Shown: in pieces, positions 1 through 11,356 of the stretch
Position numbering within the stretch: position 1 is the first letter of the stretch
How the letters are laid out: each line of letters begins with the position of its first letter
Source of the DNA: Raja brachyura
Taxonomy: Eukaryota
Assembly (NCBI GenBank): GCA_963514005.1
Contig: OY740802.1
Coordinates: 29,264,001-29,328,000 of the forward strand
DNA: 64,000 nucleotides
Direction: 5' to 3'
Notes under the pieces: generated by a model
Told to the model about the DNA's origin: nothing
Database searches by the model: none
Seen by the model: only the letters and a program-made list of their open reading frames with translations
Translations under genes and position numbers: made by a program

Positions 1-826
1 TTCCAAATGTAGGGTCTCCAACATTTCCATAATCCACCTTTTAATTGTGGGGGTTATAGGGCCTTTCCAACATTTTAATATTACTTTTTCCCCCAATTAT
101 TATACTATAGTCGATAAAGTTTCCTTGGCTTGTTGTAAATATTTGATTTTGTTCTAATATTCCTAATATTATTAGTTTTGAGTCGGGGTCCAATTGGATG
201 TTGACAACTTCTGAAATTATCTTAAAAATTTCCGTCCAAAAATTATTAATTTTTATACAACTTACAAATGTGTGCGTTGGGTTAGCCGCTAAGTGCTGAC
301 ATTTTTCACAAATGGGAGATATACTTGGAAAAATTCTATTTAATTTCATTTTTGAATAGTGTAATCTATGTAATACTTTAAATTGTATTAAAGAATGTCT
401 AGCATTAAACGAACAGTGATGTATATGTTGTAAGCTTTTGTCCCAAATATCTTGCCTTATTGGTTGGCCTAATTCATTTTCCCATGATTGCCTATATATT
501 TCCGTCGTGGGGTCATCGCTGTCTAATAGGATATTATAGATATAAGATATTAATTTTTCTGTGTTAGGATGTTTGTTCAAACATTCATCAAGAATTTCTG
601 TTTTTCTATTTCTATAGTCCTGTGTATTTGATTTAGCATAGTCTCCAAGTTGTAGGTATCTGAAATAGTCATTTAAGTGAAGTCCATAAATTTGTTGTAA
701 CTCCTGGAATGAGAGGAATGTGCCTTTCCTATAAAGATGACCCATCTTTTTAATTTCGTGATTTTTCCATTGTAAAAAACCTTTATCCATCGTTGAGGGT
801 TTAAATGTAGGGTTGTTTACAATGGG
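1..826 (-). mobile_element. L1/Tx1-clade LINE ORF2 C-terminal fragment
   Basis: ORF 41-838 has QFKVLHRLHY and the C-x2-C...H...C knuckle (CEKCQ...HTFVSC); homologous to the copy at 60200-62385. Confidence 0.85.
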
Positions 827-1016
827 ACTGCCTGCCATTCTGAAAGGGACCCGTTAATCCCTACTCTTTGCTTCCTGTCTGCCAACCACTTCTCTATCCA
901 TGTCAGCACTCTACCCCCAATACCATGTGCCTTAATTTTGCCCGCTAATCTCCTATGTGGGACCTTATCAAATGCTTTCTGAACGTCCAGGTACACTGCA
1001 TCCACTGGCTCTCCCT
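827..1016 (-). mobile_element. CR1 LINE reverse-transcriptase fragment
   Basis: VDAVYLDVQKAFDKVPHRRL...WLADRKQRVGING; closely similar to 18130-18320. Confidence 0.85.
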
Positions 1017-1498
1017 TGAGAGCATGGCCAGGGTGATGTGGGTCTTTGATGATGCTGGTTGTCTTTTTGAGGCAATGCCCAATTAACCTAGCAACCTGTA
1101 TGACTTCGAGATGTAGAAGAAACTGAGGCACCCATGAAGAAATCCATGCGGTCACAGGGAGAACATGCAAACTCCACACTGGCAGTGCTGGATTGCAGGA
1201 TCGAGCCAGTGTCGCTGGAGCTGAGACAGAACAAAGCTGCCAGGAGCACCGGAGTCTGCCCCACTGCACCCTCGAGGTCGGCTGCGGGAGGTTCCTCCGG
1301 GGAACAAAGGTGGACGAGCGAGGAGAGGGACGTCAGTTCGCTGGTCAACCTGCACGTCCAAGGAAGGTGATGGCTGGAGGCCCTGCAGCAGCCTGGGGCT
1401 CGCCTGGAGCGGCAACACTCATCACAACTAGAGCGTGGACTGCACTTTGAAAATAGTGCCTAAGCATGGTGTCCCCTGCATGCGGAATCAGTGGACTA

Positions 1499-4400
1499 TT
1501 TTACTTCGGAGTCGGGTGAGGAACTACGTGAAGAACCCCGTCCAGCCGCACGTGCATCATTACAACAGAGTTCCTCCAGCGGTAAGTGGTATTTCTTACC
1601 TGTTTTAGGTCTCCTGCAGGAACCTTGGTTTCAGAGGTTTTTGCCGGATGTTTTGCGACGGCCGACGAGGGAACCAGCTAAGGGCTGTGGGGAATCCCTG
1701 GTCCGACCGCGGACCGCAGACGCGGGGAGCTGGCGAATGTCGGGTTTCGTGATTGGAGTCACTGATAAGACGGTCAGTGACTCTAGACGTTGGGTTCCTG
1801 GGGAGGGGAAACCCAATAACATGCGGTTCCCGGACCGCAGTAGTCCCCAGGAGATGGAGTTAAACTGACCTGAACGGTCAGCCTGGGTTCCCGGGGAGGG
1901 GAAATCCAATATATGCAGTTCCCAGATTGCAGTAATCCCCACCGCGCCAGCAGCAAAGTTTATGAAAGGGTCAACCTGTTGGAGAGGCTGTGCCAGCAGC
2001 ACCTTTGCTCAGGACTGCTCCAGGGAGATGCAAAGTTATGGCAGGCTAGCCTATTGGAGAAGCTGTGCTAGCAGCATCTTTGCTCAGGGCTGCTTCATGA
2101 GAACGCCAAATCTATGGCAAATACTGGCCTATGGGAAAGGCCGCACCAGCAGTACCTTGTTCAGGGCTGCTTCATGGGAATAGGCTGCTTAGTAGAGTAT
2201 CCCATTCACAGTGATCATGGGAGATGAGGAGGCATTGCTAGGATAAGGCAATATAACAGAATGATGACAAAAAAAACATTCAAAGAGGACTACTCAGAGT
2301 TCAAAAACACTGGTTATGTATGTGCTAAAATCCACTGTTTAAGTCTCAAACTATATTTGAGAAATTGGGCTCCTCTATCCGTTTAAGTTGCTATCAAATA
2401 GACTTGTAGGACATTGGGATTTACCTTTACCTATTCAATTGGCCGTTAACACCGGCCTGGGCAACAGATTACAGTCAATAGACTCCTGCAACAGCCTTGT
2501 TGTTAAAAAGCAGCCTTCAATCCATTAAACTAATTGGCAATAGTATAGATGGGATTCAGCTGTGCAAGTAGGAGAACTGTCATTCCTGTTAAATGGTAAA
2601 CTATAAAGTGCCATGTAGGTCATTGTTAACACAGCTTGTTATTACCAGCTGACGTTACAATGATGGACAAACAGTATTCATTACTGCTCCAGTAGCTGTT
2701 AGGTAATTATTTCATTATATTGCAAAATGGTGCTAATGGCCCTAAATGGGAAATAGTGCCTTGTAGCAGGCCTGCTTAATGTCTCCCTCATGTAGGAGGA
2801 GAGCATGCCGCGTCAGTATTAGTTTGACGCCGGGTCCGTGGCAAAGTCGGCGTATTGCTGAAGCCGTGCCAGCAGTGCTTTATAGCAGGGCTGCTTAATA
2901 ATCCCTCATGTAAGATGGGAGCATGCCGGGTCAGTATAATCTAACAACAAGTCTGCGGGTATAGCTGTGGTACATGCCCAAGGGATGAAGGGCACATGCC
3001 AGACATACCATGCTTGGTAGCAAGGTTGCCATTCAAACACATGTGCAGTTAACACCGCTATCAGGGGGACAATAGAGCCGGCCGCCAAATCTTCTATTCA
3101 GGTAAGACCTGTTTCATAGGTGATACCTGGAGGACGAAGCATAAGCTATTGAATGAGTAAGGCTTCATAGATCGGCAGTAGCGGTTCACTGAAGCTGGTG
3201 GCAGCATGGAAGTTGGCCAGAGGCTCCACGCATATTACCTGTGTTGCTCTATAACAAAGGGACCACTTACAACTTGGTAAGATGTGCACTCGGTTGGATA
3301 ATACAAATGATTGAGACATTATCATCTATTTGAGGGGTCTAACCATGTAAAACTGGACAATACTAGCATTCCAAGCAGGTTATAATTGGGCAGGCTGAGT
3401 ATAAGGGCCAGGATTGTCTTGCAAGACTGGCTCGGAAATCGGGCCACAGTTGCCGTTCACAGCAGACACTAAATTGCGAATATCATCTCGAGTTTGGAGG
3501 TGGAGCAGATTTGCAGGACTTACCAAATCTTCACTTATTGGTATCAACTATCTATAGACCCTATGGGCATTGTATGGGTTAAAGAGTGATTGAGCAAATA
3601 TGCATATCTGCATGCTCAACTTCATGTTCACACATTATGATGGTGGCATATGTTAGTCACATGGGTGCAATCAATTAAAGAATCATCAAGTATAGGTCAA
3701 TGGTAACACAGAGTTGGTGTTGAATCACACCATATTATGAAACTCTGGTTCCATGGAACACCAAAGATAGATATGTTTGTTTTTTATGCTTATTCACAGG
3801 TTGCAAAATATGTGGCATAACAGTGGCGAGACATACATTCTCGTTACAGGGAGAAGGAGGTTCTTTTATGTCTTCCTCCATTTGCTTCATCAAACGGGGC
3901 TTCAAATAAAGTCGTTAAGAGCCTGTTTTAGGTCCTATTGTGTGATTGGTTTATGCAACATTGATTCCCGATTTGTCGGGAATAATAATACAACCTTATA
4001 TGGTTATTTTAAACGTAACTTTGCTGGTTCAGCCTGAGGCTTGGGAGATCAGCTGATGCATGATAAATCAAATTATGTTCTGCAGTTTCAATAAACTGCC
4101 CTAAGGCTTGGGTTGTTACAACTATCCTTCTATGTGTTCAGAGTGCTTGAATAGCACTAAAAAGCAGGGTATTTTTGTTTCCAGGAAATGAAAAGAGTTT
4201 GTTTAATGCTCATGTTACATTGAAAACGGTATAGATTACAGACGTTTGGAGTGCATGTTAAATGATCTTTTGTCATTAATTAAGTTGTACGGCCATTAAC
4301 TGTGCCAACGTGCCTTCTCATTGAATTGGCTGTAGCAAACAAGACCCGCTCTGTCAGGTTCACCCCGGATATCAAGTTATAAGGATATCTTAACACAAGG

Positions 4401-5605
4401 TGTTCCAGGACCAGTACAATGCCTTATGGGATGTTGATATTTGTGAAAACTATTTTCACCAGGGGCTCCATCTACATGCTTGACTTTGACCGGAGCTCAT
4501 TAGGTAGTTATCCTTCTGGCGCTGGTTAGCGCAGCAGGTTCAGTCGCTACATAATTGCGACGGTACTGGATGATTACATCTGTAAATAATAATATATAAT
4601 ATTTTATGTTTATAAATACTTAAGCAGAGCAGAAGGGGTGTCAGGTCTCCAAATAGTTACAGGCACGCCAGGGGACCTTGGTAACGTAAGCACACATATA
4701 TACAACAATATGTCAAGGTCACCAAGAGCCTTCGAGGTTCTGAACTAGCAATGTTGTTAGTCACAAAAAACTTAGAAGAGCGTATCTGTTCAGGCCACTC
4801 CAGATGATAAAACGGAGTTTGCGTTATGTAGGAATGGATTCTGATTCCAGATCTCATTCCACCAGGGCTGCTACAACATCAGTAGCAAGGGTATTTACAT
4901 TCCGCTAGACCACATCCTTACGGCTGCAGCATGGTCCAATGAACGAATCTCCAAATATTTATGATAACCTATTGCTACATCAAGGGTATTTGTCAACCCT
5001 ATTTTATGTTCTAGTTATACTTTCCATCTGGGTGAGAGATGTGAATATTATTATTTCATTTAAACAGCATCAGCATGTTTTAAATCTGTCATGACTGTAT
5101 GCATTATGAATGTTTTCCTTCATTTGTCAATGAAGCAGTTGTGGTTGCGTAGACTAGTTTCTCACGGCATGAAATCACAGAGCTTTGAAGTCTTCATGTA
5201 GTGAGTGTTTTCCTTCATTTGTCAATGAAGCAGTTGTGGTTGTGTAGACTCATTTCTCACGGCATGAAATCAGAGCTTTGAAGTCTTCACGTAGTCACTC
5301 GCGTGACTCTGAAGTAAAATAGTAAGATTAAATGAGCACTTACCAGTTTGAAGTTTGATCTTTATTTACGATGAGGGATTACGTGCCCTACGCTCCCAAC
5401 CCTCATAGATGTCATCTTGTAGTTCTAGTCTTCTGTTATCTTACTATTATACTTCAGTCACTATTACCTGTGATTTCACAATGCTGCTTTGAAGATTGAC
5501 GCACGTGCGGCTGGACGGATTTCTTCACGTAATCCCTCATCGTAACTCCTCATAAAATAAAGATCAAACTTCAAACTGGTAAATTCTCATTTAATCTTAC
5601 TATTT
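1499..5605 (+). mobile_element. DIRS1-like tyrosine-recombinase retrotransposon, decayed and internally deleted
   Basis: Inverted termini (1526-1556 vs 5501-5530); internal complementary region 5284-5385; remnants of RNase H (VAYVSHMG, about 3644), MT-like (IDMF about 3768, FY..PPF about 3862) and YR motifs (LLALVSA 4513, HSTRAA 4855, ILTAAAWS about 4914). Confidence 0.88.
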
Positions 5606-6835
5606 CTGTTCACTTGCTAATCAGGGATGTGCTTGGGTATGGCAATACTGTACTGGACTGTTTGTAAGAATAGAATTTCACTGTGCGTTTGCACTTTGCA
5701 CATATGATGGTAAAGCACCATTGAACCATTGCTACCCTTTGTATATTCATATAATTATATCTTAATATGTATATTCATGTTTCAGGTGACTAAAGAGAGA
5801 TTCTTCACTGCTATCTAAAACAAGGACCAGGTCCACCTGAATGCAAAGAAAAATATCCAGCATCTGGATGAGGTGCCAAGTGCAAGAATGAGCCAGCTCG
5901 AAGCAACAAATACCATCACAGTCTGCGGTATCAACCTTATCACAGCAGCTATAACAAATTGCATCAGGTATTTAACGCTGAATATGGAGCTAAAGTGGTC
6001 ATGGGTCAAAGGATGGTCCTTATGAATTTCCATCCCAACAGTCCAATTACATTAAAGTGCAATAACAAGGAACTGCAGATGCTGGTTAATATAAAAGAAA
6101 GACACAAAATGCTGGTGTAACTCAGCAGGTCGGGTAGCATCCATGAAAAATATGGAATAGCAATGTTCATAAGTTATAGGAGCAGAGTTAGGCCATTCAG
6201 CCCAACCAATCTACTCTGCCATTCATTCATGGCAGATCTAAATTTCTCTCACAAACCCATTCTCCTGCCTTCTCCCCATAACCCCTAACACCCGTACTAA
6301 TCAAGAATCTATCAATCTCTGCCTTAAAAATATCCATTGATGGTCTCCACAGCCTTCTGTACTAATGAATTCTACAAATTCACCACCCTCCAAGCAAATA
6401 AATTCCTCCTCATTTTCTTTCTAAAGGTATGTCCTTTTATTCCGAGGCTATGCCCTCGGCTCCTAGACTTTTGTTTTTGTTTAGAACTCTTCTTCAGACT
6501 GAAGAAGGATTCCAACCTGAATGTCAGATTACTCCAGCATTTTGTGTCTTGCATTGATGTGTGCCTTTTTAAAAAAAATCATCTTTAACATAGCAAAAAG
6601 TTCCTCAAAAAGTGTTAAAGAATACCACAAGGGAGGAGTGAGAAGTCCAGTACTGTTGCCTGCTTTTGTTTTTCTATTAATGCTGCCTGATAGAATCCAC
6701 TAACTAATCCCTACAAGAAAAACATCTGGTGGAATTTTGAAATCAAATTTGAAAATACTGGATACACTAGGCTGGCCAGGCAGCATTTGTGGAGAGTGAA
6801 ACAGAGTTATTGCCACAACTCAAATATTCTTCATT

Positions 6836-7110
6836 GGGACGGCGCGGTGGTGCAGTGGTAGAGCTGCTGCATCACAACGCCAGAGACCGGGGTTCAATCC
6901 TGACTATGGGTGCAGTTTGTTCAGAGTTTGTACGTTCTCCCTGGGTTTTCTCTGGGTGCTCCGGTTTCCTCCCACCCTCCAAAGACATACTGGCTAAATT
7001 GTATATTGCCCCTAGTGTGTAGTGGGTACTAGTGTAATGGGGATCGCTGGTTGACACGGACTCGGTGTGCCGAAGGGCCTGTTTCCATGTTGTATCACTA
7101 AACTAAACTG
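6836..7110 (+). mobile_element. tRNA-derived SINE (HE1/V-SINE-like); representative of more than 25 copies
   Basis: A box TGGTGCAGTGG, B box GGTTCAATCC, V-core GGGTTTTCTCTGGGTGCTCCGGTTTCCTCCCAC, CR1-type tail and (CTAAA)n. Other copies near 1080, 7250, 19810, 22907, 25355, 28362, 31762, 34758, 36440, 36803, 38858, 40140, 40705, 42405, 44037, 44788, 46836, 48893, 51705, 54820, 55726, 56750, 62700. Confidence 0.85.
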
Positions 7111-7656
7111 GAAAGAATTCTGAATCCTATTAAGGTTCATTGACCTGAAATCTGTTTCTCTTTCCACAGAACCTGCTGACCTGTGTGTTTCCAGCATTTT
7201 CTGTTCGTATTTTAGTGAAAGTTAGGGGCAGGAAATTTGAGTTATCTTAGGTTTGATTTAGTTTAGTTTAGAGATACAGCACGGAAACAGGCCCTTCGGC
7301 CCAACGTGTCCGCACAATCCCCGCACACTAACACTACCCTACACACACTAGGGGCAATTTACACATTCACCAAGCCAATGAACCTACATACCTGTATGTC
7401 TTTAGAGTGTGGGAGAAAACTCACGCAGGTCACGGGGAGAACCCGTACAGACCGATCGAACCTGTTCTCCGGCGACGCAAGCACTGTAAGGCAGCAACTC
7501 TATCGCTGCACCATCGTGCCGCCCTTCGGTTTCGTTTATTATAGTAAAGTGTACCGAGGTACAATGAAAAGATTTTTTGTTGTGTGCTATCCAGTCAGCG
7601 AAAAGACTATACGTGATTACAATCAAGCCGGTCACAGTGCACAGACACAGGATAAC

Positions 7657-8127
7657 ACTAGACTAAGTGTTCACACAGGAGAGCTGGTCCCCCTACGCAA
7701 TATTCCACATCTCCACCAATTCCAATATTGCTGACCTGGGGACCTTTCTGGAGCGCCAGTATGGGTGTTGTGGGCTGAAGGGACTGGTTTCCAGAGGGCT
7801 TGTATGGACATTGTGGGCAGAATGGAATCTTGGGGCTGTCAGCTCAGTCACTCGGGCCTGGTGGGCTGGCAGCTCAAACTGGCAGAAATTCTGCCTAAAA
7901 CAGGTGAGTGAGAGAGAGAGAGAGAGAAGGGGGAGAGGGCAGAGAATCAATTTTAGACATTTTTCATCTTTTTCTGCAGATCACAGCACTGAAGGAGGAA
8001 AGTCTATCCTGGCCTGGATTTCACAGGGAGCAAATGAAGGGAGGTTTAATATTTGCAGGGGGAATACTTACTGATGGGCCGAAGGGACTTCTGGGCTAGT
8101 ACAGGCCTGATGGGCCGAAGGGGCTCT

Positions 8128-8167
<40 letters not shown>

Positions 8168-8909
8168 GAGTGAAATCGCAGTGAAAGGCACTTTTTCAGG
8201 CCTTTTGGGCCAAAATGCTCCTCCTGGGATAATACGGGCATTTTGGGCAAAAAGGTCTAGTTTCTTGGCTAATAGGGGCCTTGTGGGCTGAAATGAGTGG
8301 TTTCAGGCCAAACAACTAATTTAATTTCATTTCCAATTGCATTGCAGTTTCAAGCACAGGGCTGGCCGAATAGCTCCGTGCATTTTCATTTAACTTCCAT
8401 TGCCATTGCTGTTTCAAGCACAGGGCACGCCAAGCTAAACAGCTGATTGCAGTTTCACTTCATTTCCATTGCCATTGCAGTTTCAAGCATAGGGCAGGCC
8501 AAACAACTCATTTCATTTTCATTAAGGGCTAACAAATCATTTATTCAAGTACATTGCACACTCACAGTGGCCTGTAGTTTCCCAGCTCAGACAGAGTCGT
8601 GACCTCTCCCTCGCCATCTTGCAGACAGACTGAGCCACGCCCACACTTCTGGGTTTTATAGTCCCCACCGGAAGGGGCATGGCCTTCATGGCGGTGATTG
8701 ACAGCATAGAGAATTTCAAGATTTTTTAAACACTAAGTCTTTTATTTTTCATCAATGGGAAAATCCTCGGGGCCTGTGCAGCGGAGGAGGACTCTGAGTA
8801 AGATGGCCAAAAAATCACAGCCATATGTGGTAGCGTTTTTCTAAAATCAAAGCACAGTGTAAACAGGAAGTGGTTAAGATGACATTTTAAATTTTATATA
8901 GATATATAG
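7657..8909. mobile_element. Unclassified non-autonomous element (ACTAGAC...TATATAG), possibly Helitron/Helentron-like, with internal degenerate tandem repeats and (TAA)n at 8128-8166
   Basis: Interrupts another repeat whose uninterrupted form is seen at about 35575-35730; no ORF; internal ~70-bp repeats at 8325-8520. Confidence 0.4.
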
Positions 8910-9052
8910 TGCAAGTTAAGGTCCAGTAAAGTTCGGTTAAATATAGCCCAAGGGTTTCACACTTCTGTACCTCTTGACTGATGGGAGAGGTGATTTAGCC
9001 ATATGTATCAGAGAAAGTATTAACATGATCAGGGCATTAAGTGGGGGATTAA

Positions 9053-9578
9053 TGGGCTGCGGAACTGGGAGGGGGGCTGGAGCTTCATAACCCGAAATTA
9101 TCTGGCCCGCAGGCATATTTTTCTCTTCTTCTGAGGACCTCCGACATCCAGAATCTCAGAACAAGCGCACAAAACCAAAGATCACAGAGCGGAGACCAGC
9201 CGTTGCGGAAACCGACTGCTCCCCCAAAACCCTCCCTCTCCTCCGCTCAATGGCCAATTACAGCGCGGTTCACAGTCGAGATATGGCGCAGTGAACGAAG
9301 TGCTGTGATTAGCTGCCGAGCGGGATGGAGGGTGGGTGGGTGTCAGCCCCAAGAGGGGGGGGGAGAGGAGAGGGAGAGAGAGATGTCCCCCCCCACCTTT
9401 TGAGTTGGGGGGTGGCCTGTATTATCCCCCGGTTTTTGGAGGTCGAGCAACAACAAAAAATAATAATTGTGCCACCCTCACCCAGCTCGGTCGCTCCGCT
9501 CCCTCACCGTGTACCCCCGAGGCCAGTGATCGGTGATCGCTCAGTCCCCCCACTTTCAAAAATGTTCCGCGGCCCCTG
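9053..9578. mobile_element. hAT-like MITE
   Basis: Imperfect TIRs GGGCTGCGGAAC / GTTCCGCGGCCCCTG and a flanking GGATTAA(A) duplication at 9046 and 9579. Confidence 0.6.
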
Positions 9579-10099
9579 GGATTAAATTAGAATCATATAG
9601 GTTCCAAGAAGATTGCCTCTCATTATTGCAAACATATGACTTTTATACATCTACCCCTTCAGGAAACTACCTTGTGAATCTTTTCTGCACTGCTTCCAAG
9701 ATGAACATGAGCACTCTGTAAAGTTGCATCAAAATGTTCTTACTTTTATACTTCTTGACCCTTGCAATAAAGGCCAATATTTCATCTGTTGTCCTAATTT
9801 CCTCCAGTCCTACATGATACATTTTTTAGTTTAGTTTCGAGATACAGCATGGAAACAGCCCCTTTGGAAATGCTGCTAAAATTGTGTTTTGCCAGATTTT
9901 TTTGCAGTTTTTTTCCTTTTTAAAATGTATATGTAATTTATGCATAATTTGTTTTTGTGTACTTGTCTGAGCCTCTGTGCTGCGAGCAAGACCCATCATT
10001 GCATCTGTACCTCAGCGTGCTATTGCATAGGACAATAAACGCGACTGAATTAGTCCAGTGCTTTGTTTGAATTAGTCCAGTGCTCAAGTTTATTACCAA

Positions 10100-10295
10100 T
10101 AGACACAAAATGCTGGAGTAACTCAGTGGGTCAGGCAGCATTTCTTGAGAAAGAGAAATAGGTGATGTTTTGGGTCGAGACCCTTCTTCGGACGCCTGAA
10201 GTCTGAAGAAGGGCCTTGACCCGAAACATCACCTATTCCTTTTCACCTGGGATGCTACCTGACCCACTGAGTTACTTCAGCATTGTGTGCCTATC
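10100..10295. repeat. Fold-back (palindromic) Penelope pLTR-derived repeat; representative of more than 15 copies
   Basis: Arms are reverse complements; the same sequence abuts GIY-YIG coding remnants at 41418-42300. Other copies near 16524, 19255, 21715, 29810, 37930, 44930, 51505, 58048, 59610, 63630. Confidence 0.75.
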
Positions 10296-10678
10296 TTTGT
10301 TGGTTGTCATATACACAAGCACGGTTAGGTACAGGTACAATTATAGATCTTGGGGACCTGCAGTTCTTTGTGTCTCCTTGAAATTGATGAAAGCAGGTGT
10401 AGATCAGTCACCATGTTACCGATCCATGTCGAGTGTTCATACAGACTTCCTATGGAATGTGATCTAGCGCATGCGTGCTATTCAGGGAGTGGCGCGGGCT
10501 CTCTGATAAGGATTAATTGGTATGTGGAGGCTTGGTTATCAGTCTCTGTATCTTATGGTTAATAAAGAACTTTATATAAACTTAAACTACCCATTGTCAT
10601 TCTTATAACTTCATACATGGTGTCAGATGTGGGATCTAAGAAAACGTCTGACCGGACTCTGTGAGATTTCCCCATGAC

Positions 10679-11137
10679 TTATTTGGCGCTGCAAACTGCC
10701 CGTTCAGCTAGCCCCATCGATTGACGACATTCCGGATTGCTGGTGATATGATTAAAGACCCACTGTTCAGCAAAATCCTTAAACTGCTGGCTTGTGAACT
10801 GTCCAGCATTGTCTAGCAGGAGAGTATGCGGTGCTCCGTGGACCGAAAAATGTGTCTTTAGCTTTATAATCACTGCTGCTGATGAGGTAGTGCGAAGCAG
10901 ATCAATCTCACACCAGCCGGAATATGAGTCCCCGAGCACCAGGCAGTGTTGATTGTGCCATTCAAAGATCTCGGTTGACACCAAGGACCTTGGCAATTCT
11001 GGAACAGGATGCAGCAGCAGTGGTCCTCTCTTTGCTGTGGCTTCTGCTCCAGGATGTCCTCTGTGTATGATGTCAACGAACTGCTTTTGAAGCGAAAGGG
11101 ATAACTGCTTTGTGGCCCTTGATGACCCCATCTTCAA
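10679..11137 (-). pseudogene. Gypsy integrase fragment inside the outer LTR element
   Basis: HRGHPG zinc-finger half, DSYSGW, DNAGQFTSQQF, GLAERAV (D,D-35-E region). Confidence 0.85.
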
Positions 11138-11356
11138 TGGTTAATTTGTCTCTGAAAGGAAACTAGTGAGCTCAAGAAAGAGGATGTAGATCAGTCACCA
11201 TTTCCTGATCCATGTCGGGTGTTCATATAGATTTCCTATCGAATGTCATCTAGCGCATGCGTGTTATTCGGTGAGTGGCGAGGGCTCTCTGATAAGGATT
11301 AGTTGGCATGTGGAGGCTTGGTTATCAATCTCTGTGTCTCATGGTTAATAAAGAAC

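Noticed and set aside
817-1269. 150-aa ORF as a host gene
   Set aside because: Chimera of SINE, Rex1-like and CR1 fragments.
6836-6910. tRNA genes at SINE heads
   Set aside because: A/B boxes continue into the V-core and LINE tail with no acceptor stem closure; these are SINEs.
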